A stretch of 64,000 nt of DNA from an uncultured Ruminococcus sp. (GTDB lineage: Bacteria > Bacillota > Clostridia > Oscillospirales > Acutalibacteraceae). The notes under the pieces were generated by a model, which was not told the DNA's origin, ran no database searches, and saw only the letters and a list, made by a program, of their open reading frames with translations. Within the stretch, counting starts at the first letter, position 1. Every line of letters begins with the position of its first letter. Below, one piece after another: positions 38,832 to 49,208 of the stretch. A program made the position numbers and the translations under genes. Where the stretch lies: contig CAYLXT010000001.1 in assembly GCA_964387615.1 (NCBI GenBank), positions 1,516 to 65,515 on the forward strand. The letters run 5' to 3'.

Positions 38832-39743
38832 ATGGCTTTTACTGCTAAAGACGTTCAGGCTTTAAGAGAAAAAACCGGTTGCGGTATGATGGACTGCAAA
38901 AAAGCACTTGTTGAGTGTGACGGCAATATGGATGCTGCTGCAGACTACCTTCGTGAAAAGGGTCTTGCATCTCAGGCTAAAAAGGCAAGCCGTATCGCTG
39001 CTGAAGGTACAGTATGCGCTATCTGCGAAAACGGTGTTGGCGTTGCTGTAGAATTAAATGCAGAAACCGACTTCGTTGCTGGCGGTGACGAGTTTAAAGA
39101 ATTGGCACTCAAGGTTGCTAAGGTTATCGCAGCTCAGAATCCAGCTGACGTAGACGCTCTTAATGCTTGCGTAGAGAACGGTCATACCGTTGAAGAAATG
39201 GTTCAGGAACTCTTCCTTAAAGTTCGTGAAAACATCAAAATCCGTCGTTTTGTTCGCTTCGAGGGCAACGTAGTTAACTACGTTCACGCCGGCGGCAAAA
39301 TCGGTGTTCTTGTTAAATTTGATGGTGATATTGCAGCCGACAACGCTGACTTTATCACTATGGGTAAAAATGTTGCAATGCAGATTGCTGCTATGAACCC
39401 CTCTTATCTTGATCAGGCTTCTGTTCCTGCAGAGGTTATCGAGAAAGAAAAGGAAATCCTCATTGCTCAGATGAAGGAAGATCCCAAAATGGCTAACAAG
39501 CCTGACGCAGTTCTTGGTAAGATTGTTGAAGGTAAGATTGGCAAATACTATAAGGAAAACTGCCTTGTTGAGCAGGCTTTCGTTATGGATGGCGACGTTA
39601 CCGTTGGCAAGTACATTGCTAACACTGCTAAAGAAATCGGCGCAGACATCAAACTCGTTGACTTTGTTCGTATGGAAAAGGGCGAGGGCATCGAAAAGCG
39701 CGTTGACGACTTTGCCGCAGAAGTTGCAAGCATGGTTAAATAA
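38832..39743 (+). CDS. tsf: translation elongation factor Ts
   Basis: VQALREKTGCGMMDCKKAL (UBA-like N-terminus)...ELNAETDFVA. Confidence 0.97.
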   Translation: MAFTAKDVQALREKTGCGMMDCKKALVECDGNMDAAADYLREKGLASQAKKASRIAAEGTVCAICENGVGVAVELNAETDFVAGGDEFKELALKVAKVIAAQNPADVDALNACVENGHTVEEMVQELFLKVRENIKIRRFVRFEGNVVNYVHAGGKIGVLVKFDGDIAADNADFITMGKNVAMQIAAMNPSYLDQASVPAEVIEKEKEILIAQMKEDPKMANKPDAVLGKIVEGKIGKYYKENCLVEQAFVMDGDVTVGKYIANTAKEIGADIKLVDFVRMEKGEGIEKRVDDFAAEVASMVK

Positions 39744-39759
39744 TTTAATCGTTAGTTTA

Positions 39760-39790
39760 AACAGCGTTCCGCAAGGGACGCTGTTTTTTT
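39760..39790 (+). terminator. intrinsic terminator after tsf
   Basis: AACAGCGTTCC-GCAA-GGGACGCTGTT stem followed by TTTTTTT. Confidence 0.85.
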
Positions 39791-39901
39791 GTCGCATTTT
39801 GAAAGTATTCACTACAAAATCATTGCTTTTTAAAATTATTGGGTGTATAATATGCGTTACGTGATTTGGTACATTCTACCCTTTGGAAAGGAAATTGATT
39901 T

Positions 39902-40549
39902 ATGTATTCTAAGTTTTTTAAAAGAACCATAGATGTTATATTGTCTTTTTTAGGTTTAATAATTTTATCGCCTATTTTTGCTTTACTCGCTTTATTAATA
40001 ATTATTGATGATCCGGGCCCTGTATTTTTTACCCAAAAACGTGTTGGCATTAATAAAACTTTTTTTAAGTTACATAAATTCAGAAGTATGAAAATGTCGA
40101 CACCGCACGATATGCCTACTCACTTACTTGAAAACCCTGATCAATACATAACTAAAGTGGGTAAATTTTTACGCAAATCAAGTTTGGACGAGCTACCGCA
40201 GATATGGGATATATTTGTTGGCAATATGAGCATTATCGGTCCACGTCCGGCACTTTGGAATCAGGACGATTTGGTTGCAGAACGCGATAAATACGGTGCA
40301 AATGATGTTCGTCCCGGTCTTACAGGCTGGGCGCAGATAAACGGTCGTGACGAACTTGAGATACCGGTTAAGGCAAAATTTGATGGTGAATATGTAAATA
40401 ATATCAGTTTTATATTTGATTGCAAATGCTTTTTTGGTACTATATCAAGTGTGTTAAAGCATGAAGGCTTTGTAGAGGGGAGAGCCTGCGAAGGCGAAGT
40501 AATGTATAACTTAGAACCCGAACACGCCGTTGTTGCTGATGATAAATAG
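39902..40549 (+). CDS. undecaprenyl-phosphate sugar-phosphate transferase (small monotopic PGT, EpsL/WcaJ C-terminal type), copy 1
   Basis: MYSKFFKRTIDVILS...PVFFTQKRVG...KFRSM...SLDELPQ...GNMSIIGPRP...RPGLTGWAQINGR. Confidence 0.88.
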   Translation: MYSKFFKRTIDVILSFLGLIILSPIFALLALLIIIDDPGPVFFTQKRVGINKTFFKLHKFRSMKMSTPHDMPTHLLENPDQYITKVGKFLRKSSLDELPQIWDIFVGNMSIIGPRPALWNQDDLVAERDKYGANDVRPGLTGWAQINGRDELEIPVKAKFDGEYVNNISFIFDCKCFFGTISSVLKHEGFVEGRACEGEVMYNLEPEHAVVADDK

Positions 40550-40600
40550 TATTTCATGCCTCTTGCGCGTTGTAATATTTCAAATTTAATTTTTTTAAAT

Positions 40601-40627
40601 AGCATTCTGTAACGGATGCTGTTTTTT
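40601..40627 (+). terminator. intrinsic terminator after the first priming transferase
   Basis: AGCATTC-TGTAAC-GGATGCT stem (7 bp, one G-U pair) followed by GTTTTTT. Confidence 0.5.
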
Positions 40628-40659
40628 GTATAATTTTGTAGTTTATTACTATAAAAATA

Positions 40660-40688
40660 TTGCAATTTAATTATCAAAGGTGTATAAT
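40660..40688 (+). promoter_or_regulatory. sigma-A promoter for the main polysaccharide operon
   Basis: TTGCAA, a 17-nt spacer ending in TG, and TATAAT. Confidence 0.5.
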
Positions 40689-40744
40689 CTATCTTGTATG
40701 ATTGGGTTTATTGTGCCCGCTTTATTCTTTTAAGAGGTATAATT

Positions 40745-41929
40745 ATGGAGTTTGAACCATTCAAGTCTAAAGTGTATCTTTCTTCACCTACAATGCATGG
40801 CGAAGAACTTAAATTTATGACCGAGGCATACGCAACTAATTGGATGTCTACAGTAGGGAAAAATATCAGCGAAGTCGAACATATTGCATGCGAGTTTGTT
40901 GGTTGTGAAAATTCGGTAGGACTTTCGTGCGGTACTGCCGCGTTACATCTTGCAGTTAAACTTGCTGGAATTAAATCGGGCGATAAGGTATTTTGTTCAG
41001 ATATGACATTTGCTGCAACCGTTAATCCCGTTGTATATGAGGGAGCGACCCCTATTTTTATTGATAGTGAATACGATACTTGGAATATGGATCCTGCAGC
41101 ACTCCAAAAAGCATTTGAATTATATCCAGAAGTTAAGGTTGTTATGATGGCAAACCTCTATGGTACACCTGCAAAGCTTGATGAGATTTGTGATATTTGC
41201 AAAAGGTATGACGCAATTCTTATAGAGGATGCCGCTGAATCTTTAGGCGCAACCTACAAAGGTAGACAGACCGGCACATTTGGTACATACAATGTCATTT
41301 CATTTAACGGCAATAAAATTATAACGGGTTCAACCGGTGGTATGCTTTTGACAAACGATTTTGATGCTGCAAATAAGGCGAGAAAGTGGTCGACACAAAG
41401 TCGTGAAGCAGCTCCTTGGTATCAGCATAATGATATAGGTTATAACTATCGAATGAGCAATGTTATAGCCGGTGTTGTACGCGGTCAGTTTTCATATATT
41501 GATGAGCATATAGCGCAAAAAAAGGCAATTTATGAGCGTTATAAGTTGGCATTTAAGGATCTACCTATTCAAATGAATCCTTTTGATGCCAATAATTCGG
41601 AGCCTAATTATTGGCTTTCTTGTATGATTATTGATAAAGATGCAATGTGTAAGCAGGTTCGTAGTGATAATGAGGCTTGCTATGCTAAGGAAGAGGGTAA
41701 AACCTGTCCAACAGAAATCCTTGAAAAATTGGAAAGGTACAATGCCGAGGGCAGACCCATCTGGAAACCGATGCATATGCAGCCTATATTTAGCGATAAC
41801 GGTTATGTTTCAATTAATAATGATGTTGGAGCAGATATATTCGAACGCGGCTTGTGCTTGCCAAGCGATAATAAAATGACTGTGGAACAACAGGATATTA
41901 TTATCGAAATTATTAAAAGCTGTTTTTGA
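40745..41929 (+). CDS. DegT/DnrJ/EryC1/StrS family PLP aminotransferase (EpsN/PglE/PseC-like sugar 4-aminotransferase)
   Basis: The ATG at 40745 follows AAGAGG. The product contains GTAALHLA...DAAESLGA...SFNGNKIIT (PLP lysine)...YNYRMSN. Confidence 0.88.
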   Translation: MEFEPFKSKVYLSSPTMHGEELKFMTEAYATNWMSTVGKNISEVEHIACEFVGCENSVGLSCGTAALHLAVKLAGIKSGDKVFCSDMTFAATVNPVVYEGATPIFIDSEYDTWNMDPAALQKAFELYPEVKVVMMANLYGTPAKLDEICDICKRYDAILIEDAAESLGATYKGRQTGTFGTYNVISFNGNKIITGSTGGMLLTNDFDAANKARKWSTQSREAAPWYQHNDIGYNYRMSNVIAGVVRGQFSYIDEHIAQKKAIYERYKLAFKDLPIQMNPFDANNSEPNYWLSCMIIDKDAMCKQVRSDNEACYAKEEGKTCPTEILEKLERYNAEGRPIWKPMHMQPIFSDNGYVSINNDVGADIFERGLCLPSDNKMTVEQQDIIIEIIKSCF

Positions 41930-41937
41930 GGTTACAT

Positions 41938-42561
41938 ATGTACGCTAAATTTTTTAAAAGAGTAATTGATTTCACATTATCGTTAATAGTGCTTATTGTG
42001 TTGTCTCCGATTTTGTTGGTGCTTGTAGTCGTTACTGCTATCGCTATGAAGGGTAATCCTTTCTTCACACAGCAACGACCAGGTAAAGATGAAAAGATTT
42101 TTAAACTTATTAAATTCAGAACAATGACCAACGAGAAAGATGAAGATGGTAATCTTTTACCCGATGATGTTAGACTTAATAAGTTTGGTAAAATATTACG
42201 TAGCACATCGCTTGACGAACTTCCTGAACTTATTAATATCTTAAAAGGTGATATGTCAATAGTGGGTCCAAGACCGTTGTTAGTTGAGTATTTACCATAT
42301 TATACTGAAGAAGAAAAACACCGCCACGATGTGCGACCGGGTCTTACCGGTTTAGCACAGGTTAACGGAAGAAACGAAATTACTTGGGAAAGAAAATTTG
42401 AATTTGACTTAGATTACATCGATAATATTACGCTTATTAATGATTTGCGAATTATTCTCCTTACCGTAAAGAAAGCACTAATTAAGTCCGAAGGTGTTTC
42501 GTTAAATTATGAGGGCAATCTTGCGGAAATTCGAAGAAAAGAATATAAAATAAAAAAATGA
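41938..42561 (+). CDS. undecaprenyl-phosphate sugar-phosphate transferase (PglC/CapM/EpsL-like), copy 2
   Basis: [15 protein letters not shown]...[23 protein letters not shown]...SLDELPEL...[10 protein letters not shown]...[14 protein letters not shown]. Confidence 0.88.
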   Translation: MYAKFFKRVIDFTLSLIVLIVLSPILLVLVVVTAIAMKGNPFFTQQRPGKDEKIFKLIKFRTMTNEKDEDGNLLPDDVRLNKFGKILRSTSLDELPELINILKGDMSIVGPRPLLVEYLPYYTEEEKHRHDVRPGLTGLAQVNGRNEITWERKFEFDLDYIDNITLINDLRIILLTVKKALIKSEGVSLNYEGNLAEIRRKEYKIKK

Positions 42562-42603
42562 ATTATGCGTTTGCATTTTATTTTATGACGAGGTATTAGT
42601 ATA

Positions 42604-43322
42604 ATGAAGCAGTTAGTTATTATCGGTGCCGGTGGTCACGGCAAAGTAATTACTGATATTGCCGAAAAAAACGGATATACGGAAATTTAATTTTTGGATG
42701 ATAACAAAGATGTTAAGACTTGCGGCAAGTACCATGTGGTTGGAACAAGTGATGATGCTATGAAATACCTTGGCGGTGTTTTTATTGTGGGAATAGGAAA
42801 AGCTGAGATTCGCAAAAGAATACAAGAGAAACTGATTGCGGATGGATTTCATGTTGTTACACTTATTCATCCTAAAGCGGTGGTTGCACCCGATGTCTTT
42901 TTAGGTGAAGGCTCGGTGTGATGGCTGGTGCTGTTATCAATCACGGAACTTCGATTGGATACGGCTGTATCATCAATACAGGTGCAACTGTTGACCATGA
43001 TAATATCATCACTGATTACGTTCATGTGTCGGTGGGAAGTCATCTTGCTGGAACAGTGAGCGTTGGAACTGGTACTTGGATAGGAGCTGGTGCAATCGTT
43101 AGCAATAATATCAGCGTTTGGGAAAACTGTATGGTTGGAGCAGGTGCGGTAGTAGTAGATAATTTAATAGAACCGGATACATATGTTGGTGTTCCTGCAA
43201 GGAGAATGTGTATGAAGAATGAATCGAAAAAATGGGAGGGGGTACTCCTCCTAACAGATAAATATGCTGAAAATATGCCTTGCTCTATTGTGTATGAAGA
43301 TTTGGCACGGTGGGTAGCATAA
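42604..43322 (+). pseudogene. NeuD/PglD/EpsM-family sugar N-acetyltransferase, disrupted by an in-frame TAA and a frameshift
   Basis: ATG 42604 gives MKQLVIIGAGGHGKVITDIAEKNGYTEI, then TAA at 42688-42690. The same frame continues FLDDNKDV...GEGSV to a TGA at 42919-42921. The hexapeptide-repeat half (MAGAVINHGTSIGYGCIINTGATVDHD...) continues in another frame from 42918. Confidence 0.8.
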
Positions 43323-44305
43323 TGAAGATATTATTTACAAGTGTTGGTCGGCGTGTGGAGCTGATCCAGGCTTTTCGCAAAGCTGCCGATGAACTGAAAA
43401 TTGAATTAACAATCATTGGTGCGGATATTGCAGAGGATGCTCCTGCGTTGTTTTTCTGCGATGAAACACAGATTGTCTGCAGAATCAAAGATAGTAACTA
43501 CATTCCTCAACTTCTTGCTATTTGCGAGAGCGAAAAAGTGGACTGCTTAATACCAACCATTGATACAGATCTTTTGTTGCTTGCAGAGAATAAGAAACGA
43601 TTTGAAGCGATTGGAACAAAGGTGCTGATTTCTGCCGTGGATAAAGTGAAGCTGTGCAGGGATAAAAACTATACCGCCGATTACTTTATTTCTCTTGGGT
43701 TGAAATCCCCTCTGCCTGTAAACAGCGTAGAAAAATATGAGGAAGCATTAGATAACGGTACGGTTTTATTTCCCGCTTTTATCAAACCAAAGGACGGTAG
43801 CTCCAGTATCAATGCTTACAAGGTCGAAACCCTTGATGATTTGAAGCTCTATGCGGAAAAGATTGAAGATTATATTATTCAGCCGTTTATCAGCGGCAGA
43901 GAGTATACGATTGATATTTTCTGTGACTATGAAGGGAATCCAGTATATATTACACCGAGAGAACGTCTTGCGGTTCGTTCCGGCGAGGTTCTGAAAACGA
44001 GAATCACGCAGGATGATACTATGATTGATGAGATGTTGAAGCTGATTGCAGACTATAAGCCTTGTGGCCAGATTACAGTTCAGCTTATCCAAGACGAAAA
44101 GACGGGAGATAATTACTACATAGAAATCAATCCTCGTTTTGGTGGTGGCGCACCTTTGAGCATAAAAGCAGGTGCGGATAGCGCCAAGGCTGTCTTAAAA
44201 ATGTTGAATGGTGAAAAATTGACGTATCAAGGGAAGGTAGCAAAAAATGGTGCGGTTTATAGTCGATTTGATCAGAGTGTTTGCGTGAATGGAGGAGTCT
44301 TATGA
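43322..44305 (+). CDS. ATP-grasp domain protein (carbamoyl-phosphate-synthase-L-like ligase)
   Basis: [15 protein letters not shown]...[13 protein letters not shown]...[13 protein letters not shown]...[16 protein letters not shown]. Confidence 0.8.
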   Translation: MKILFTSVGRRVELIQAFRKAADELKIELTIIGADIAEDAPALFFCDETQIVCRIKDSNYIPQLLAICESEKVDCLIPTIDTDLLLLAENKKRFEAIGTKVLISAVDKVKLCRDKNYTADYFISLGLKSPLPVNSVEKYEEALDNGTVLFPAFIKPKDGSSSINAYKVETLDDLKLYAEKIEDYIIQPFISGREYTIDIFCDYEGNPVYITPRERLAVRSGEVLKTRITQDDTMIDEMLKLIADYKPCGQITVQLIQDEKTGDNYYIEINPRFGGGAPLSIKAGADSAKAVLKMLNGEKLTYQGKVAKNGAVYSRFDQSVCVNGGVL

Positions 44306-45381
44306 TTCGAGTATTGCAGGTGGTAGGTTCTTTAGGATATGCAGGAGTAGAAGCAGTCGTAATGAATTATTACCGTAATATTGATACAGAACAAGTACAA
44401 TTTGACTTTATTTCGTGTTCTCCAAACAAGCAGCGTTATGATGATGAAATTATCAATTTAGGGGGGAACATCTATAGATGTCCTGCTAGAAGTCGCAAGC
44501 CATTTTCTTATATGCGAGAACTTAAAAAGATAATATCTGAAAACAAGTATGATATTGTTCATATCCATCAAAATAGTGCAAGTATTGCTATGGATGCAAT
44601 CGTTGCAAAATCCTGTGGTGTGAAAACAATTATTGGTCACTCCCATAATACCCGTTGTAATGTTTTGTATCAGCATTATTTATTCAAACCGCTTGTCAAT
44701 GTGTTCTTAACCCATCGTTTTGCTTGTTCAAACGAAGCGGGTAGATGGATTTTCGGCAAAAGAAACGATGTCGAGGTTTTCAATAATGCAATCGATGCTG
44801 GTAAATACCAATATAAAGAAAGTATTAGAAATGAGTACAGAAAAAAACTGGGGCTTGAAAATGATTTTGTTGTAGGTTTTGTTGGAAGATTACATGAGCA
44901 GAAGAATTTGTATAGATTTATGGATATTTGCCGTGAGGTGAAAGTCAGAAAGTCAAATGCAAAATTTGTTTTGATTGGCGAGGGACCGCAAGAAATAGAA
45001 CTTAAGGCATACAGTACGAAATTGGGCATAGAAAGTGATACAGTTTTTCTTGGTCAGAGAGATGATGTTCCGAATGTGATGATGGCGTTTGATATTTTCC
45101 TCTTTCCATCATCTTATGAGGGATTAGGATTGGTTGCAATAGAAGCTCAAGCAACGGGACTATCTTGTGTTGTTTCTGATGAGGTTCCGGCTCCGAATCT
45201 GACCGGATATGAGGTCAAATTAAGCTTGGACGAAAGTGATGAGGTTTGGGCGGATAATATCATTAACAACAAGTCTCTCGAAAAAAGAAAAAAAGCCACT
45301 GCCTATATTATAGCTGGTGGATATGATATTAAGACTGAAGCAGGGAAACTTCAAAATTTCTATTTAGAACAAAAACAATAA
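44302..45381 (+). CDS. glycosyltransferase family 4 (GT-B, EpsF-like)
   Basis: The ATG follows GGAGGAG. The product contains GRLHEQKN...[20 protein letters not shown] (EX7E). Confidence 0.85.
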   Translation: MIRVLQVVGSLGYAGVEAVVMNYYRNIDTEQVQFDFISCSPNKQRYDDEIINLGGNIYRCPARSRKPFSYMRELKKIISENKYDIVHIHQNSASIAMDAIVAKSCGVKTIIGHSHNTRCNVLYQHYLFKPLVNVFLTHRFACSNEAGRWIFGKRNDVEVFNNAIDAGKYQYKESIRNEYRKKLGLENDFVVGFVGRLHEQKNLYRFMDICREVKVRKSNAKFVLIGEGPQEIELKAYSTKLGIESDTVFLGQRDDVPNVMMAFDIFLFPSSYEGLGLVAIEAQATGLSCVVSDEVPAPNLTGYEVKLSLDESDEVWADNIINNKSLEKRKKATAYIIAGGYDIKTEAGKLQNFYLEQKQ

Positions 45382-45401
45382 TCAAAGCAGGAGATGGTAC
45401 G

Positions 45402-46037
45402 ATGATAGAAATTAAGAACCTAACAGAATTGAGTGACCATCTTCATGGTTTGAAAGCCATAATATTCGACTTGGATGATACTTTATATAGCGAAAAATAT
45501 TATGTACGAAGTGGATACCGTGCCATAGCTGATACTCTACCCCAGGTGGAGCGAATGGAAGAAAAATTGTGGCAGGCATTCGAGCAAAAGAAATCTGCTA
45601 TAGATGAGGTGTTGAACGCAGAAGGGTTGTACACCGAGCGATTGAAGCAACAATGCCTTTCTCTGTATCGCCTTCATCAGCCGGACATCCATTTGCATGA
45701 TGGAGCAAATGGATTATTGTGTCAGCTCCGAGGCAATGGTTATAAATTAGGAGTTATAACAGACGGCAGACCCGAAGGGCAGAGAGCGAAAATAAAGGCG
45801 TTAGGACTTGACGAACTTGTTGATCACATCATTGTGACGGACGAGCTGGGTGGCGTGGAATACCGCAAGCCGAATAAAGTTGCTTTTGAGATAATGCGAG
45901 AGATATTTGATGTGAAGTTTTCGGAAATGTGTTATATCGGGGATAATAGTAAAAAAGATTTTATAGCGCCGAATATGCTCGGTATGAGAAGCATTTGGTT
46001 TAGAAATAAGGACGGATTATATTATCTATCCAATTAG
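45402..46037 (+). CDS. HAD superfamily hydrolase
   Basis: Motif I IIFDLDDTLY, motif II GVITDG, and motif IV GDNSKKDF. Confidence 0.8.
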   Translation: MIEIKNLTELSDHLHGLKAIIFDLDDTLYSEKYYVRSGYRAIADTLPQVERMEEKLWQAFEQKKSAIDEVLNAEGLYTERLKQQCLSLYRLHQPDIHLHDGANGLLCQLRGNGYKLGVITDGRPEGQRAKIKALGLDELVDHIIVTDELGGVEYRKPNKVAFEIMREIFDVKFSEMCYIGDNSKKDFIAPNMLGMRSIWFRNKDGLYYLSN

Positions 46038-46039
46038 TA

Positions 46040-46592
46040 GAGGTAACGTTTGAAATAACCTAATCTCTCCCCGTCGATGGAAAGGCATAGAAACAAAGAC
46101 TACCGCATGGTAGCCGAAAAAACAGTATCAAAACAGATTAAGAAGTTGCAGGGGGTAACAAGATACCCTTAACGTTGGAGAATAAAGATGGCCTCATCTA
46201 CCGAAACGGTACGGTGTGTAGGTGGATCATTAGACCGAGTATAAAGGTCGGCGTTGTAAGGCTCGTTCTTTTGAGAATGTTGTAGATTGCAGTCAATAGC
46301 ATTCTTGCGATAGCGATGATGGCTTTCTTGTGGCCTCTGCGCTTTTTAATAGATAAATACCGATTACGGATTTCAGGATTGCTCTTTTTGCGGATAGCAC
46401 AAGGAGCACATTGAACAAGCAAAGGTTTGATGTAGTTTCCTGCTTGACCGATGCGAGTTGTTTTCTTCTTGCAGGCAATCTCATTATTTTGCGGAGTAAG
46501 ACCAGCCCACGAGCAGAGATGCTTGGAGGTTGGGAACACGGACATATCCACACCGCTATCGGAATCATTTCCGATAGCGGCAAAGGTCTGTA
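46040..46592 (-). mobile_element. IS110-family insertion sequence remnant (3' part only; transposase C-terminal domain)
   Basis: Minus-strand ORF ...DMSVFPTSKHLCSWAGLTPQNNE..KKKTTRIGQAGNYIKPLLVQCA...KKRRGHKKAIIAIARMLLTAIYNIL is the Transposase_20 (IS116/IS110/IS902) domain. The N-terminal DEDD catalytic domain is absent. The boundaries are approximate. Confidence 0.8.
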
Positions 46593-47118
46593 TTATTACT
46601 TTTCCTGTTTTTGTAAAGCCCGTCCGCGGCAGTGCGTCTATTGCCATAAATAAAGTAGACGATAAAGAAACTTTAGAACTGCTCTGGAATCATAATAACG
46701 GCTTAATGATACAAGAGTATCTAAAAGGTCAAGAAATTGGTGCTGACTGTTATATTGAGATGCTTTCTCACGAACTTGTTTCAATATTTACAAAGAAAAA
46801 AATACTAATGCGTGCCGGTGAAACCGATAAGGCAGTATCTTTTAAGGAGGAGAAACTATTTTTTAAATTGAAAAATTTGTTGACTAGTGCGGTTGGATTG
46901 GTCAAATAGATATTGATATCTTTGAGATTGATGGCGAATACTACATTTCCGAAGTAAATCCACGTTTTGGAGGCGGTTATCCACACGCATACGAATGCGG
47001 CTGTGATCATATGAGTTTAATTTGTAATAATTTGCTTGGTAAAACCAACCTTGTAAATATCGGGCAATATGAAAACGGTGTTTATATGATGAAATATAAC
47101 GAGATTTCCATAATATAG
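46593..47118 (+). pseudogene. second ATP-grasp gene, 5'-truncated by the IS remnant and frameshifted near 46895-46905
   Basis: FPVFVKPVRGSASIAINKV...MIQEYLKGQEIGADCY...TSAVGLVK* then continues in another frame as GQIDIDIFEIDGEYYISEVNPRFGGGYPHA...* (stop at 47116-47118). It is colinear with residues from about 150 to the end of the intact ATP-grasp at 43322-44305. Confidence 0.75.
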
Positions 47119-47204
47119 TAAAGCAATAGTTCAAAGTTTGTATTAAGAACTTTGAAATTCAATTGATTTTTATGAATAAATTAGTAATTCAAGGAAGATA
47201 AATT

Positions 47205-48050
47205 ATGTCACTAACACTAATGTACATAACAAATAATCCTGTTACGGCAAAAATTGCGCAAGAAGCAGGCGTTGATCGTATTTGGATTGATATGGAATAC
47301 ATAGGCAAAGCCGAGCGACAAGGTGGTATGGACACTGTTCAAAACCATCATACAATTGATGATATCAAACGTATACGACAGGTTGTTACCGAAGCCGATT
47401 TGATGGTTAGAATTAATCCGATACACGATGCTACAGCCGATTATTGTAGTTCGGAAGAAGAGATTAATAAAACAATTGATGCCGGTGCAGACGTAATCAT
47501 GCTTCCTATGTTTAAAACGGCGCAAGAAGTAGAAAAATTTGTAAAATATGTAGATAGTAGAGCAAAGGTACAACTTTTGGTTGAAACGGCAGAAGCCGCT
47601 GAAAATATCGATTCAATACTTGAAATTGGGGGTATTGATGAAATTCATATTGGTCTTAACGACCTGCATCTTTCGTATAATATGACATTTATGTTTGAAT
47701 TATTATGTGATGGTACCATAGCCACTTTGTGTAAAAAAATCGCTGATAGAGGTATAAAATACGGATTTGGCGGTATTGCCAGAGTTGGTTATGGCATGCT
47801 TCCTGCGGAATATATTATTGCCGAACATTATCATTTGGGCTCAACTGCTGCTATACTCTCACGTGGTTTTTGCAATGCTAATTTAGTTAGCGATCCAATG
47901 GATGTTGAAGATATATTTATCGAAGGCGTTAAGAATATCCGACTTAAAGAACTTGAGGTATCAAAATTCACAGAAGAGGAATATCAGAAAAATCTGGATA
48001 TAATTCGCGAAAAGGTAGAAGAAATAATTAAAACTAAAAAGGCGAAATAA
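47205..48050 (+). CDS. HpcH/HpaI aldolase / citrate-lyase-beta family protein
   Basis: TIM-barrel-like pattern GVDRIWIDMEY...RINP...GADVIMLPMFKT...LLVETAEA...IDEIHIGLNDL. The call is by family recognition only. Confidence 0.55.
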   Translation: MSLTLMYITNNPVTAKIAQEAGVDRIWIDMEYIGKAERQGGMDTVQNHHTIDDIKRIRQVVTEADLMVRINPIHDATADYCSSEEEINKTIDAGADVIMLPMFKTAQEVEKFVKYVDSRAKVQLLVETAEAAENIDSILEIGGIDEIHIGLNDLHLSYNMTFMFELLCDGTIATLCKKIADRGIKYGFGGIARVGYGMLPAEYIIAEHYHLGSTAAILSRGFCNANLVSDPMDVEDIFIEGVKNIRLKELEVSKFTEEEYQKNLDIIREKVEEIIKTKKAK

Positions 48051-48053
48051 TTT

Positions 48054-49205
48054 ATGAAAAAAATTTGCATTTGCACCACCGTTGCCGGTACTTTGAAATC
48101 GTTTGTTGTTCCAACCGCGATATATTTACATGAGAAATGTGGTTACGATATTACTTTAATTTGCAATAACGATGATGAATTTAAAAATTCGTTGCCGGAG
48201 TATATTAATTATATACCTGTGAAAATGGCGCGGGGTATTGACCTATCCGGCTTTAAATCAGTGCTTGAGTTTATAAAAATTTTTAAAAAGCAAAAATTTG
48301 ATTTAGTGCAGTATGCTACTCCAAATGCGGCTTGCTATGCAAGCATAGCGGCAAGGTTGTGCAGAGTGCCGATAAGACTTTATTGTCAGTGGGGTATACG
48401 ATATGTTGGTCTTAGCGGACTTTCACGAAAAATATTTAAGTTTTTAGAAAAAATAGTGTGCAAAAATTCAACCGATATTCGCGCAGTTAGTCCAAAAAAT
48501 TTAAAGTTTGCCGTGTCTGAGGGTTTGTACAAGCCGCAAAAAGCCGTTGTTGTTGGTAACGGCGGAACGATCGGTGTTGATATGTTAGAATTTGATATTT
48601 CACAAAAAAATGATTGGAATAATAAAATTCAAAATCAATATAATATAAATCAAAATGACTTAGTTTTTGGTTTTGTTGGTCGAATTTCGGCAGATAAAGG
48701 CTGCAGTGAACTGCTTTCGGCTTTTAAAAATTTAGTTAAAGCCTATGAGAATGTAAAACTTTTAATTGTGGGACCTTTAGAAAATAGTTGTTGTATAGAT
48801 GATACCCTTATCGACTGGGCAAAAAACAATAAAAATATTATTTTTACCGGCAGAGTTGACCATTGCCGAATGTGCGAATTCTATTCTGCAATGGATATTT
48901 TGGTACATCCAACCTATCGCGAGGGATTTGGCATGGTAATACAAGAAGCTGGAGCGTTGGCAGTGCCTGCTATTACCACAACTATTCCCGGTGCATCTGA
49001 GGTTATGGTAAATGGAATTTCTGGTATACATGTGGAACCAAAAAATGTTGATGCTCTTTACTTTGCTATGAAAAGATTTATTGATGAAAATCAATTAGCT
49101 CAAAATCTTGGTAACGAGGCATATAAACGAACTTTAAGTTTATATGAGCGTAGTATTATGTTAGAAAATTTAAAAAATGATTATATAGAATTATTGGGGA
49201 TTTAA
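48054..49205 (+). CDS. glycosyltransferase family 4 (GT-B)
   Basis: GRISADKG...HPTYREGFGMVIQEAGALAVPAITT (EX7E). Confidence 0.85.
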   Translation: MKKICICTTVAGTLKSFVVPTAIYLHEKCGYDITLICNNDDEFKNSLPEYINYIPVKMARGIDLSGFKSVLEFIKIFKKQKFDLVQYATPNAACYASIAARLCRVPIRLYCQWGIRYVGLSGLSRKIFKFLEKIVCKNSTDIRAVSPKNLKFAVSEGLYKPQKAVVVGNGGTIGVDMLEFDISQKNDWNNKIQNQYNINQNDLVFGFVGRISADKGCSELLSAFKNLVKAYENVKLLIVGPLENSCCIDDTLIDWAKNNKNIIFTGRVDHCRMCEFYSAMDILVHPTYREGFGMVIQEAGALAVPAITTTIPGASEVMVNGISGIHVEPKNVDALYFAMKRFIDENQLAQNLGNEAYKRTLSLYERSIMLENLKNDYIELLGI

Positions 49206-49208
49206 CAA

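Noticed and set aside
39054-39812. 252-aa ORF on the minus strand
   Set aside because: It lies entirely antisense to tsf, which has unmistakable EF-Ts motifs. It is a low-complexity shadow ORF with no RBS.
42694-43322. Two separate small genes (75 aa and 134 aa)
   Set aside because: Together with 42604-42690 they are colinear with a single NeuD/PglD-type acetyltransferase, so they are treated as one pseudogene.
46198-46647. 149-aa ORF as an intact transposase
   Set aside because: Only the C-terminal IS110 domain is present. The first 20 codons or so are merely antisense to the truncated ATP-grasp gene, and the DEDD catalytic domain is missing, so it is called an IS remnant.
47129-47156. Hairpin TTCAAAGTT...AACTTTGAA after the truncated ATP-grasp gene, as a possible terminator
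   Set aside because: It is an AT-only 9-bp stem with a 9-nt loop and no adjacent U-run, which is too weak to call.
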